Shown here piece by piece: positions 19,364 to 27,895 of a stretch of DNA of 64,000 bases. Source of the stretch: Minisyncoccota bacterium (GTDB lineage: Bacteria; Patescibacteriota; Microgenomatia; UBA1400; UBA12028). The notes beneath the pieces were generated by a model that saw only the letters and a program-made list of their open reading frames with translations, was not told the DNA's origin and made no database searches. The translations under genes and the position numbers were made by a program. Position 1 is the first letter of the stretch. The number at the start of each line of letters is the position of its first letter. The stretch spans positions 230,706-294,705 of the forward strand of contig DNEP01000013.1 in NCBI GenBank assembly GCA_003487265.1. Reading direction: 5' to 3'.

Positions 19364-20411
19364 CACGATCGTTTTCACACGAACCAACAGCAATATTCAC
19401 CCAAACAACAACTGCTTCGCGTTCGATACGTTCAAGCGCGGACATCGTTCGATCTGCCCACTCAATCGCAATGACCGCATTTTCTTGAAGCATTTTCTCA
19501 AATCCGAGTGAAAACAACTCGTGTTCTTCGGACAATCTCCACGCGTCAATGTGAATACATGGAATGATTTTTCCTTCAGCCTCAAACTGATATTCCTTGC
19601 AGAGAACGTAGGTCGGAGAAGATATCGTTCGGGCAATCTTCAGTGCGGATGCGATCCCTTTCACGAACTGCGTTTTTCCAGCCCCCATCTCTCCCCGCAA
19701 TGCAAAAATAATCGGTTTGTGACCAAAATGATTTTTTTGCTGAAGCGCACAGAGTTCACCCAGCTCCTTCGTTCGATCAACCGAGTGCGATATAAACTCA
19801 TTTTTTGCATGGACGGGAGATGCTCCTTGTCTCAATATAATTGGATTATCAAGTGTGGTGTCGATGATTGTTGAGGGTTCAACATGAGGAAGCTCACCAA
19901 CATCAATCACCGCATCAATAAGATTTTGTTGTGTATCATCAAGAAATGAAAACACATCTACTATTGAGTATGGACGTTTCTGATCACTTGCATTTGCACC
20001 TGTTGCAGTAATCGGTTTTCCGAAGGCATAAACAATCTCATTCACCAACGGATACGAAGAAATGCGAATCCCCAAGGTTCCATGGTTGGACTCAACAAAC
20101 GTCGCAACGCGGTGTTTTCCCGATGAAATCACTGTCACCGGTCCGGGCAAGAACTGTTTGTACACATTTCGTGCAACGTTGTTCAGTACAACGTATTTTT
20201 CAGCCATCTGGATATCCGCTACTGCTATAGATAGTGGTTTGCCATCACGTCTTTTTTTATATTGTAAAAGTTTCTGAACCGCTCGTTCATTCGTTGCATC
20301 AACTCCTAGTCCATATGTTGTTTCGGTTGGATAGATAATCATTCCACCAGAAGAAAGAATATGCACAACTTGCGAGAGAAAATCAATCGAAGAAGGGATA
20401 AGGACATTCAT
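19350..20411 (-). CDS. Fused L-threonylcarbamoyladenylate synthase TsaC (YrdC/Sua5 domain) and TsaE (YjeE P-loop ATPase) protein
   Basis: N-terminal YrdC domain (IYPTETTYGLGVDATNERAVQKL...KPLSIAV) followed in the same frame by a TsaE Walker-A domain (GEMGAGKTQFVKGIA) and a C-terminal TsaE-like region. Confidence 0.8.
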   Translation of the reverse strand: MNVLIPSSIDFLSQVVHILSSGGMIIYPTETTYGLGVDATNERAVQKLLQYKKRRDGKPLSIAVADIQMAEKYVVLNNVARNVYKQFLPGPVTVISSGKHRVATFVESNHGTLGIRISSYPLVNEIVYAFGKPITATGANASDQKRPYSIVDVFSFLDDTQQNLIDAVIDVGELPHVEPSTIIDTTLDNPIILRQGASPVHAKNEFISHSVDRTKELGELCALQQKNHFGHKPIIFALRGEMGAGKTQFVKGIASALKIARTISSPTYVLCKEYQFEAEGKIIPCIHIDAWRLSEEHELFSLGFEKMLQENAVIAIEWADRTMSALERIEREAVVVWVNIAVGSCENDRVISW

Positions 20412-20420
20412 GATTCTGTT

Positions 20421-20792
20421 CTATTTTGCATCCATGTCTAACTGTTTAACTGCTTTAATCGGAATCATCAAGCACTTTTCACGAGTTGGTGCGATTGTAG
20501 AAATTCCCATACGTTTCATCACATGAATCGCGTCGAGTTTACGTACTTCCTCGAGTGATAACCCTTGAATCATCTCAGAAACAATACTCGCACTCGCCGT
20601 TGAGATCGCACATCCAACTCCACGCCATTTTACCTCAAGGATTTTGTTATCTTGTACAAGCAAATAAAACTCAACCATATCGCCACAACTTGCGTTCATT
20701 TCTCGAAATGTGTGCGTGGGAGACTGTAAAACACCAAAATTACGAGGATGCTGCGCGTGATCGAGGATGACTTCCTGATAAAGATCATTCAT
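20421..20792 (-). CDS. sufU: SUF Fe-S cluster assembly scaffold/sulfur-transfer protein SufU (IscU-like)
   Basis: NifU/IscU-like cysteine motifs (NASCGDMVEF..., GVGCAISTASAS). Located immediately downstream of sufS. Confidence 0.85.
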   Translation of the reverse strand: MNDLYQEVILDHAQHPRNFGVLQSPTHTFREMNASCGDMVEFYLLVQDNKILEVKWRGVGCAISTASASIVSEMIQGLSLEEVRKLDAIHVMKRMGISTIAPTREKCLMIPIKAVKQLDMDAK

Positions 20793-20804
20793 ATCGGTAT
20801 TGTA

Positions 20805-22049
20805 TCATCCAAGATTGAAAACAGATTTCACTTTTTCCAATCCTGAAACAAGCACATCAACATCAGTTTTTGTTGAGTACACACTGAAACTCGCTCTTGT
20901 TGATGCGGCCCATGCGAATTTTCGATGTAATGGCATGGTACAGTGATGACCAGAACGCACCGCAACCCCCTCGCTATCCAGCACCTGCGCGACGTCATGC
21001 GCGTGCACTCCATCCAGAAGGAACGCCACACTTCCAACTCGTTTATTCGAATCGAGAGATCCGAGTATTTTGACATGTTCTACCGCGGATATCTTTTCCA
21101 GTGTATACACCACAAGTTCACGATCGTATTGTTCAACATCATTCATGTTGAGATGCGTTAAATACGCACACGCTTTTGCAAGCCCAACGGCTCCCGCAAC
21201 ATCCGGAGTTCCTGCAATAAAACGATCGGGAAGGTCTGCGTATGTGGTGAGATCAGTCGTCACCTCATCAATCATTCCCCCTCCAAACAACACGGGATTC
21301 ATCTGCTCAAGCATATGTTGAGAAACAATCATTCCTCCAATACCCATGGGTCCCAACATTTTATGCCCACTAAATGCAAACACATCTGCCCCAAGTGAGG
21401 GAAAAGAAATTGGAAGATGAGGCGCGCTCTGCGCGCCGTCAATCACGACCATCGCGCCAACTTCATGCGCCATTTTTGCAATTAACTCAACGGGGTTGCG
21501 CGTGCCAATCGCATTCGAAACATGAACAACCGCCACCAACTTCACACGTAAACCATCTTTTCGATGCAGTTTCAGAGACAAATCTTGAAGATCAAGGAGG
21601 CCTTCTTGCGTAACCGAGACCACCTCAAACTTTGCGCCTGTTCGCTTACACACTTCTTGCCAAGGAACAAAGTTTGAATGATGTTCCATCTCCGTCGTAA
21701 TCACAACATCCTTTTCAGAAAGATGGTCAAGTGCCCACCCCCAAGCAATCAAGTTCAACGCCTCTGTGGTGTTTCTCGTTAAAATCAATTGATTTTCGGT
21801 TGCTCCAAAAAACTGCGCAATGCGTTGTCGAGACTCATGAAAAATATGCGTGCTTTCGTCACCCAGTACATGAATTCCTCGATGAACATTTGCATTGTGC
21901 AGTTGATAATATTCCTGAATCGCATCAAGAACGACCTTCGGTTTTTGGGAAGTTGCGGCAGAATCAAGATAAACGAGCGGTTTTTGATCGTGAATCTCTC
22001 GGGATAAAATGGGAAAATCCGCACGACAGTTTTGTAATTGTGTATTCAT
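20805..22049 (-). CDS. sufS: Cysteine desulfurase SufS
   Basis: Class V aminotransferase, PLP-lysine region (SGHKMLGPMGIGG) and SufS active-site cysteine loop (RSGHHCTMPL). Confidence 0.92.
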   Translation of the reverse strand: MNTQLQNCRADFPILSREIHDQKPLVYLDSAATSQKPKVVLDAIQEYYQLHNANVHRGIHVLGDESTHIFHESRQRIAQFFGATENQLILTRNTTEALNLIAWGWALDHLSEKDVVITTEMEHHSNFVPWQEVCKRTGAKFEVVSVTQEGLLDLQDLSLKLHRKDGLRVKLVAVVHVSNAIGTRNPVELIAKMAHEVGAMVVIDGAQSAPHLPISFPSLGADVFAFSGHKMLGPMGIGGMIVSQHMLEQMNPVLFGGGMIDEVTTDLTTYADLPDRFIAGTPDVAGAVGLAKACAYLTHLNMNDVEQYDRELVVYTLEKISAVEHVKILGSLDSNKRVGSVAFLLDGVHAHDVAQVLDSEGVAVRSGHHCTMPLHRKFAWAASTRASFSVYSTKTDVDVLVSGLEKVKSVFNLG

Positions 22050-22105
22050 GTGAGCATTTTACAACCATTCATTCCAAGAAAGAAGAACACACTCACATCC
22101 TACAA

Positions 22106-22582
22106 TCACGCCGTTTTTTCTTGAGGGGTATGTAAAAATCCTTGAATGAGAAGATTTAACGCAACGTCTTTTGCAATACCTCTCGATTGTAAAAAGTGAA
22201 GATGTTGAGAGGAAACAAGCGAGATTGAAGATGCGTGCGAGCATTTCACATCATCTGACTGAATTTCGAGATTTGGAATCGCTTCTGCTTTTGCCGTTTC
22301 ATCACAAAGCAGTATTTCCTCTTTCAAAAAAGAATCCGTGTGGAAGGCGTTTTTTTCCACCAAGATTTTTCCTCGAATCGACAAATATCCGCCACCAAAA
22401 ACCACCCCTCGAAGGGTAATTTTCGCGGAGGTGTGAGGAACCGCGTGCACAATTGTCACCACAACTTCTTTTTTTTCTCCATGAGCAACAAGAAACGAAC
22501 CAACAACCTCGATTTGTTCACTTTCGCTGGAAAGTGTAATGTTGACTGGCTCTAGTTGATTGGAAATATCAATTTGCTTCAT
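22106..22582 (-). CDS. sufD: Truncated SufD-like protein (158 aa)
   Basis: Only the C-terminal SufB/SufD beta-helix signature is present (DDVKCSHASSISLVSSQHLHFLQSRGI). Sits between sufB and sufS and its ATG overlaps the sufB stop. Confidence 0.6.
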   Translation of the reverse strand: MKQIDISNQLEPVNITLSSESEQIEVVGSFLVAHGEKKEVVVTIVHAVPHTSAKITLRGVVFGGGYLSIRGKILVEKNAFHTDSFLKEEILLCDETAKAEAIPNLEIQSDDVKCSHASSISLVSSQHLHFLQSRGIAKDVALNLLIQGFLHTPQEKTA

Positions 22583-23979
22583 CCCACCGATCCTTCCATC
22601 TCCAAATCAATAAATCGATTTAATTCAACTGCATACTCCATCGGAAGTTTTTTTATCAGCGGATCTGCAAAACCGCGAACAATCATCGCGCGAGCCTGAC
22701 TTGCAGTTAACCCGCGCGACATCAAATAAAAAAGTTGTCGCTCGCCAATTTTTGACACGGTCGCTTCGTGTGTAATCGTTGCGTCACCGGTAAATACGCG
22801 TTGCGTAGGATACGTGTTTGAAATAGAATTTTTATCTAGTAAGAGCGCGTCGCAACTCACATGATTTTTCGCATGATGTGCATTTGGGCCAATCGAGATC
22901 AACCCACGATATGAAGTAATCCCACCACCTTGAGAAATTGATTTACTCACAATCGAGGATGTTGTGTATGGCGCAAGATGAATCGCCTTACTTCCCGTAT
23001 CTTGGATCTGATTTGCTCCGGCAAATGCAAGCGATAATGTTTCCCCATGCGCTGCTTTTCCCGCAAGAATATAAGACGGATACTTCATGGTGATTTTTGA
23101 TCCCAAGTTACAGTCAGTCCAGACCATAACCGCCTCTTCTTTCACAAGCGCGCGTTTCGTGACTAGGTTGTACACATGTTTGTACCAATTTTGAATCGTG
23201 ATGTACTCAACATGCGCGCCTTTTTCAACAATAATCTCAACAACAGCAGAATGAAGACTCGATGTGGAAAAAGAAGGGCTCGTACATCCCTCAATATAGG
23301 TCACCTTCGACCCCTCGTCTGCGATAATCAAGGTTCGTTCAAACTGACCAGCGCGCTCAGCATTTATCCGAAAATACGCTTGAAGTGGTAAAGAAACCTC
23401 AACATTTTTAGGAACATAAATAAAACTTCCACCACTCCAAACCGCAGAGTTTAAGGACGCAAAAACATTATCACCAGAGGGAATAACTGAACCAATGTGT
23501 TTGCGTACAAGGTTGGGATGTTTTTTCAACGCTTCGTCCATCGATAAAAAAATCACCCCTTTTTCTTCCCAGATTGGTTTGAGTTGCCCCTGAACAACTT
23601 CGCTGTCAAATTGATTTTTTATTCCTGCTAAATATTCTCTTTCAGCTTGTGGCGTGCCAAGTCGATCAAATGTTTTTTTAATAGAGTCGGGAACATCGTC
23701 CCATGTTCGTTTCTCTCCATCAGTGGGTTTGACATAATATCGAATGTCATCAAATGAAAGTGATGAGAGATCGGGACCCCACGATGGGAGTGTTTTTTGA
23801 AGATACAATGCATACGCATCCAAACGGAATTTTTTCATCCATTCCGGCTCTGCTTTCATTGATGAAAGTGTTTCGATTGTTTTTTTTGTGAGCCCACGTT
23901 CGGAAATATACGCGTAATCAAGTGGAACAGAAAATCCATGTGTGTACGTGGGAGATTGAATTGAAGGAAGTTGTTTCAT
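22579..23979 (-). CDS. sufB: Fe-S cluster assembly protein SufB
   Basis: 466 aa with SufB-conserved regions (DAVVEIIVEKGAHVEY..., C-terminal GFADPLIKKLPMEYAVELNRFI). Confidence 0.92.
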   Translation of the reverse strand: MKQLPSIQSPTYTHGFSVPLDYAYISERGLTKKTIETLSSMKAEPEWMKKFRLDAYALYLQKTLPSWGPDLSSLSFDDIRYYVKPTDGEKRTWDDVPDSIKKTFDRLGTPQAEREYLAGIKNQFDSEVVQGQLKPIWEEKGVIFLSMDEALKKHPNLVRKHIGSVIPSGDNVFASLNSAVWSGGSFIYVPKNVEVSLPLQAYFRINAERAGQFERTLIIADEGSKVTYIEGCTSPSFSTSSLHSAVVEIIVEKGAHVEYITIQNWYKHVYNLVTKRALVKEEAVMVWTDCNLGSKITMKYPSYILAGKAAHGETLSLAFAGANQIQDTGSKAIHLAPYTTSSIVSKSISQGGGITSYRGLISIGPNAHHAKNHVSCDALLLDKNSISNTYPTQRVFTGDATITHEATVSKIGERQLFYLMSRGLTASQARAMIVRGFADPLIKKLPMEYAVELNRFIDLEMEGSVG

Positions 23980-24779
23980 AACTCAAGTTTTTTCATGACG
24001 GAATCAAATCCGTCTCGCATAATCTGATCAGCGAGTGATGTATCTCCAGAAGTAACAATCGATCCCTTCGACATAAGGTGTACCGCATTGATGGGAAGAT
24101 ATTTCAACAATCGTTCATAATGCGTGATAATCACACAACCCATTTGTGAATCTGCAACCATTTCCTTGAGATATTGAGAAACCATGGTGATCGCGTCAAC
24201 GTCCAGTCCCGAATCGATTTCGTCGATAAACGCAAAACGTGGTTTTAAGAACTTCATTTGTAACAGCTCTAGTCTCTTTTTTTCTCCTCCACTAAAACCT
24301 TCATGAATGCTTCTGTGCATGGAAGCGGTTGGAATACCCAGTAGCGTCGCCTCTCGTTCAACCTCATGGTAAAAATTCAACACATTTTCAATAAGACCAA
24401 ATTTTTGTTCATACGCTGTTTTGATTAATTGAAAAACAGAAACGCCCGCAATCTCTATTGGTGTTTGAAATGAAACAAACAATCCCGCGCGTGCTCGCTC
24501 ATCAGCGGAGAGCGTAACGAGTTCCGTCTTTTCCAACACGCAAGATCCAGAATCAATCACATAATCGGGATGTCCAGAAAGTGCCATCGCGAGTGTTGAT
24601 TTTCCAGAACCATTTTTTCCCATTAATACGTGAATTTCTCCAGATCTCATACGACAAGAAACATCTTTCAAAATACCTTTTTTTTGTGACGTTTGAGGCT
24701 CGATAATCGCCGATACTCCAAGGTGAGAAATGATCAGTTCTGATTTGGTTATGTTTTTGGATATGTTCGTATTGCGCAT
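23976..24779 (-). CDS. sufC: Fe-S cluster assembly ATPase SufC
   Basis: ABC ATPase Walker A (GKNGSGKSTL), signature motif (FSGGEKKR) and Walker B (FIDEIDSGLD). Confidence 0.92.
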   Translation of the reverse strand: MRNTNISKNITKSELIISHLGVSAIIEPQTSQKKGILKDVSCRMRSGEIHVLMGKNGSGKSTLAMALSGHPDYVIDSGSCVLEKTELVTLSADERARAGLFVSFQTPIEIAGVSVFQLIKTAYEQKFGLIENVLNFYHEVEREATLLGIPTASMHRSIHEGFSGGEKKRLELLQMKFLKPRFAFIDEIDSGLDVDAITMVSQYLKEMVADSQMGCVIITHYERLLKYLPINAVHLMSKGSIVTSGDTSLADQIMRDGFDSVMKKLEL

Positions 24780-25252
24780 CGTGCCTCGTTTTTTATTGAT
24801 TCGCGGGTACTCAACGTGAGTAAGTCTTGTTCAGAAAACCAACCAATTGCAGTCGCTTCTGTCGTTTCATGTTGAATGTCAAGATTTTCATCTATCGCTC
24901 GTACAAAATACGCAAAAACGTAATGTTGTTCACAAATCTCACCATTCGATCGCGCCTTGTGTTCTCCAGGCTTATTAATCCAATGAAGATCTGCATAAAA
25001 GGGTACGGGAAGAAACTCCGAAGTTTCTGATTCCAACACGGGTAGTGCGCTTATCGCGCGAACGCGAAGATTCGTTTCCTCAAAAAACTCACGTTCAATC
25101 GCAAAATTTGGCACTTCATTTGGCTCAACATGTCCCCCTGGAGCAAGCCAAATTCCCAACATGCGATGTTTGATGAGTAAAACTTTGCCATCACGAACCA
25201 ACCACCCCGCAACGGTAAAACATCTTTTGGATACTGTGTCGTGAAGAATCAT
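24749..25252 (-). CDS. NUDIX hydrolase
   Basis: Nudix box GGHVEPNEVPNFAIEREFFEETNL. Confidence 0.8.
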   Translation of the reverse strand: MILHDTVSKRCFTVAGWLVRDGKVLLIKHRMLGIWLAPGGHVEPNEVPNFAIEREFFEETNLRVRAISALPVLESETSEFLPVPFYADLHWINKPGEHKARSNGEICEQHYVFAYFVRAIDENLDIQHETTEATAIGWFSEQDLLTLSTRESIKNEARCAIRTYPKT

Positions 25253-25303
25253 CCAGGTATTTTACCATCTCTTCAGTCCTAATATGCTCAGAATTGTTGA
25301 ATT

Positions 25304-25615
25304 CTATTCGTTTTTCCATAGAGAGGCAGTTAAATCGACTTTTTCACCCATAAATACCACACCCTCTTGAAGTAACATGTGTTTCTTTTGTGCAAGACCA
25401 CCTTGGGCAGAATATCCCGTAAGCGCCCCGTCCGAAGCAACCACGCGATGACAGGGAATGGTGGGAGCATTTGGATTTTTCTTCATCGCCATCCCGACCG
25501 CCCGTGACGCGCGGGGACTTCCCACAAGTTTTGCGAGTTGATGATACGTCGCAACTTTCCCAATGGGAATGCGCGCGCACAATGAATAGACACGATCGAA
25601 AAATAAACTACTCAT
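25304..25615 (-). CDS. MGMT-family protein (methylated-DNA-protein-cysteine methyltransferase DNA-binding domain only)
   Basis: 103 aa with the HTH and the PCHRVV active-site motif. No N-terminal Ada/Ogt domain. Confidence 0.7.
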   Translation of the reverse strand: MSSLFFDRVYSLCARIPIGKVATYHQLAKLVGSPRASRAVGMAMKKNPNAPTIPCHRVVASDGALTGYSAQGGLAQKKHMLLQEGVVFMGEKVDLTASLWKNE

Positions 25616-25644
25616 CTCGTTTTCTCCTCAAAACCATACTCCAA

Positions 25645-25962
25645 TCATTCCTCGAGTTTCCAGAAATCAATTGCCGGTTCTTCATAAGGATGTACCTCTC
25701 GAATTGCTCGAACTACATCAGTGATACTATCAGTAAAACAGATCATCTCTATCTTCACCTCTGTTTCTGTAGATGTTTCGCCAACTTTTCCAATAAACGG
25801 ATGAGCTCCCTTTTCAGATTTCCATGTTCCCACACCTTTTGTGATGAAAGCACAATGTGAATATTTTCCCATCACACCCGCACCAGCTTGTGAGGCGACA
25901 TCTATTAATCTTTCTATCATTTTTGGATTATCTGGAGCAAAAATACAGAGTTTGTATTTCAT
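25645..25962 (-). CDS. Stand-alone PII/CutA-like domain protein resembling the NIF3 (YqfO) insert domain
   Basis: Sequence KYSHCAF...GTW...G..PFIG..GE....EVKIEM.....I..V..A....HPYEEPA.D resembles the inserted domain of NIF3-family proteins. Confidence 0.45.
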   Translation of the reverse strand: MKYKLCIFAPDNPKMIERLIDVASQAGAGVMGKYSHCAFITKGVGTWKSEKGAHPFIGKVGETSTETEVKIEMICFTDSITDVVRAIREVHPYEEPAIDFWKLEE

Positions 25963-26456
25963 TGTAATTTCTTTCGCATGATCAATCCATCGTTCTTAAA
26001 TCCTTGATTTAAATACAGTTCGTGTGCGTTTGAATTTTTGTACGCAACAAGTAAATCAACAAAAACGCAATGATGTTGTTTAAAGAAAGATTCGCTTTCC
26101 TGTAATAATTTTGCACCGATCCCGTGACCTCGCCAATCTTCCAACACATACAGATCATCGATAAATCCCAATTTCATCGGATAATATTCCAATAGATCGT
26201 CGCCTGTTTTTTCAATAATTTTTCCAGCAATGCAACCAACAACCTCTACATCAATTGTTGCGAGATATATACACGCTTTTTCATTTTTAAACAAATTCAC
26301 GTATTCTTCTAAATATTTTGATCCATACATTGATCCAGCATGCACTCTCCGCAACTCATTGTATTGAGCGACATCATCCACAAGCAGAATCAACAAATCC
26401 TCAACTTGTGCTTTGTACTTCTCGTGATATGCAACAATCTGTACATCGTTATTCAT
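25959..26456 (-). CDS. GNAT-family N-acetyltransferase
   Basis: Acetyl-CoA-binding motif (LEDWRGHGIGAKLL). 165 aa. Its stop overlaps the downstream gene's start. Confidence 0.85.
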   Translation of the reverse strand: MNNDVQIVAYHEKYKAQVEDLLILLVDDVAQYNELRRVHAGSMYGSKYLEEYVNLFKNEKACIYLATIDVEVVGCIAGKIIEKTGDDLLEYYPMKLGFIDDLYVLEDWRGHGIGAKLLQESESFFKQHHCVFVDLLVAYKNSNAHELYLNQGFKNDGLIMRKKLQ

Positions 26457-26571
26457 TTTTACCTCAACGTTTCATGTTCTAATAACATTTCAATACCATC
26501 TATTTTCTGTAATGGAATCTCTATGCCACCGAACATCAATCGGTACATACGCGAAATAATACATCGTTATC

Positions 26572-27843
26572 TTACGTTTTTCGAGCAACAATTCTGCAAT
26601 CCTTTCGAAGTTTCTCCCAATGCACAAACTCACACGAAAGAAGAAAAAAAGAAATCACCGTCATCAGCTGGTTGCGATACGTAAACAACACGTGAATATA
26701 AGAATGTTCCGCTGCAAAAAAATACCACGCGTAAGGAAGGAAACCTAAGCCTAGAAAAATAATAACGCGCTCAAACCTTGCGGAACGAAACGTAAGATAT
26801 CGCAACATAAATATCGAATATCCAATTCCCAAATATAAAAGTGCAAATTTATTGCGTTTGTCGTATCCGCGGAACTGTAAAAAGTTTCGTTTTACTGCAA
26901 CAACACGACTAAACTCAGCATCAACTGGACTCATCATACGATCCTCAACTTTTGTATATCCTGAGGTTATCGCTCCCCGAACATAGGTGAACTCGGCAAG
27001 AAACCATTTGCTCGCCCAAAGTGATGAATAACCAACCATCCAAAAAAACGCGAGAAGCGCCACTTTTTGAACAAGCTTCCCCCGTATTCGTTCAACCGCA
27101 ATAAACAATAACAAGCTCAACCCAACAAGTGGTGCCGAAAGAAAATCAATATATGAGGTCACGCCTCCCATAATAAAAAAGAAAATGAGTGTACTTGAGA
27201 AAGACCAATGTTGATTTTTCAACAAAATATACGATCCAATCATTCCTGTCATAAAAACATTGGAGAGTTGCAATGATTCTCCAATCCAAAAGAAATCAAC
27301 CGCAATCAAGCCAATCAAAAAAGCAAAAGCTGCTCGAATACCCACTCTTTTTCGCATCTCAACAAACACCAATCCTGCAAGAATATACAGCGCAATCGAC
27401 CAAACGACGCGGACATGAGCATATGACCCAATCGTCAATAATGGTCGAAGGAAAATCAAGTACCCATGCCAATATCGCTCGTACACCGTTTCATGAACAC
27501 CAGATTTTTGACCGATTTTTTCAAGATTCAGCGCCTGATCCTCTGCTTTTTCATCTCCATCATGCTGAATTGTCCGAATCGAAGAACGAAGAGGATCATT
27601 CGAATCCACCGAATACGCAACATTCAACATAATTGCATCGGTAAAGTTGTCCAATACAATCTTTCTCCAAGAAATACCCCGCGAAGGATACATTCCCTCA
27701 TGTTTGATAACTGCAACAGAACCCTCGAGGTTTTTCCTCACCATTTCCGTTGGGATATTATTCACGACATACAACGATCCAACAAAAATCAACAACAATA
27801 CGACATAACTCAACACAATACGGTAAATCACCTGTAGCATCAT
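26572..27843 (-). CDS. Polytopic integral membrane protein (uncharacterized)
   Basis: 423 aa, at least 9 TM helices, an N-terminal signal-anchor followed by a soluble loop. No catalytic motif recognized. Confidence 0.55.
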   Translation of the reverse strand: MMLQVIYRIVLSYVVLLLIFVGSLYVVNNIPTEMVRKNLEGSVAVIKHEGMYPSRGISWRKIVLDNFTDAIMLNVAYSVDSNDPLRSSIRTIQHDGDEKAEDQALNLEKIGQKSGVHETVYERYWHGYLIFLRPLLTIGSYAHVRVVWSIALYILAGLVFVEMRKRVGIRAAFAFLIGLIAVDFFWIGESLQLSNVFMTGMIGSYILLKNQHWSFSSTLIFFFIMGGVTSYIDFLSAPLVGLSLLLFIAVERIRGKLVQKVALLAFFWMVGYSSLWASKWFLAEFTYVRGAITSGYTKVEDRMMSPVDAEFSRVVAVKRNFLQFRGYDKRNKFALLYLGIGYSIFMLRYLTFRSARFERVIIFLGLGFLPYAWYFFAAEHSYIHVLFTYRNQLMTVISFFLLSCEFVHWEKLRKDCRIVARKT

Positions 27844-27895
27844 CTGATTATGACACTCTCACGAATAAAAATACAAATCAAGGTATAATGCGCAG

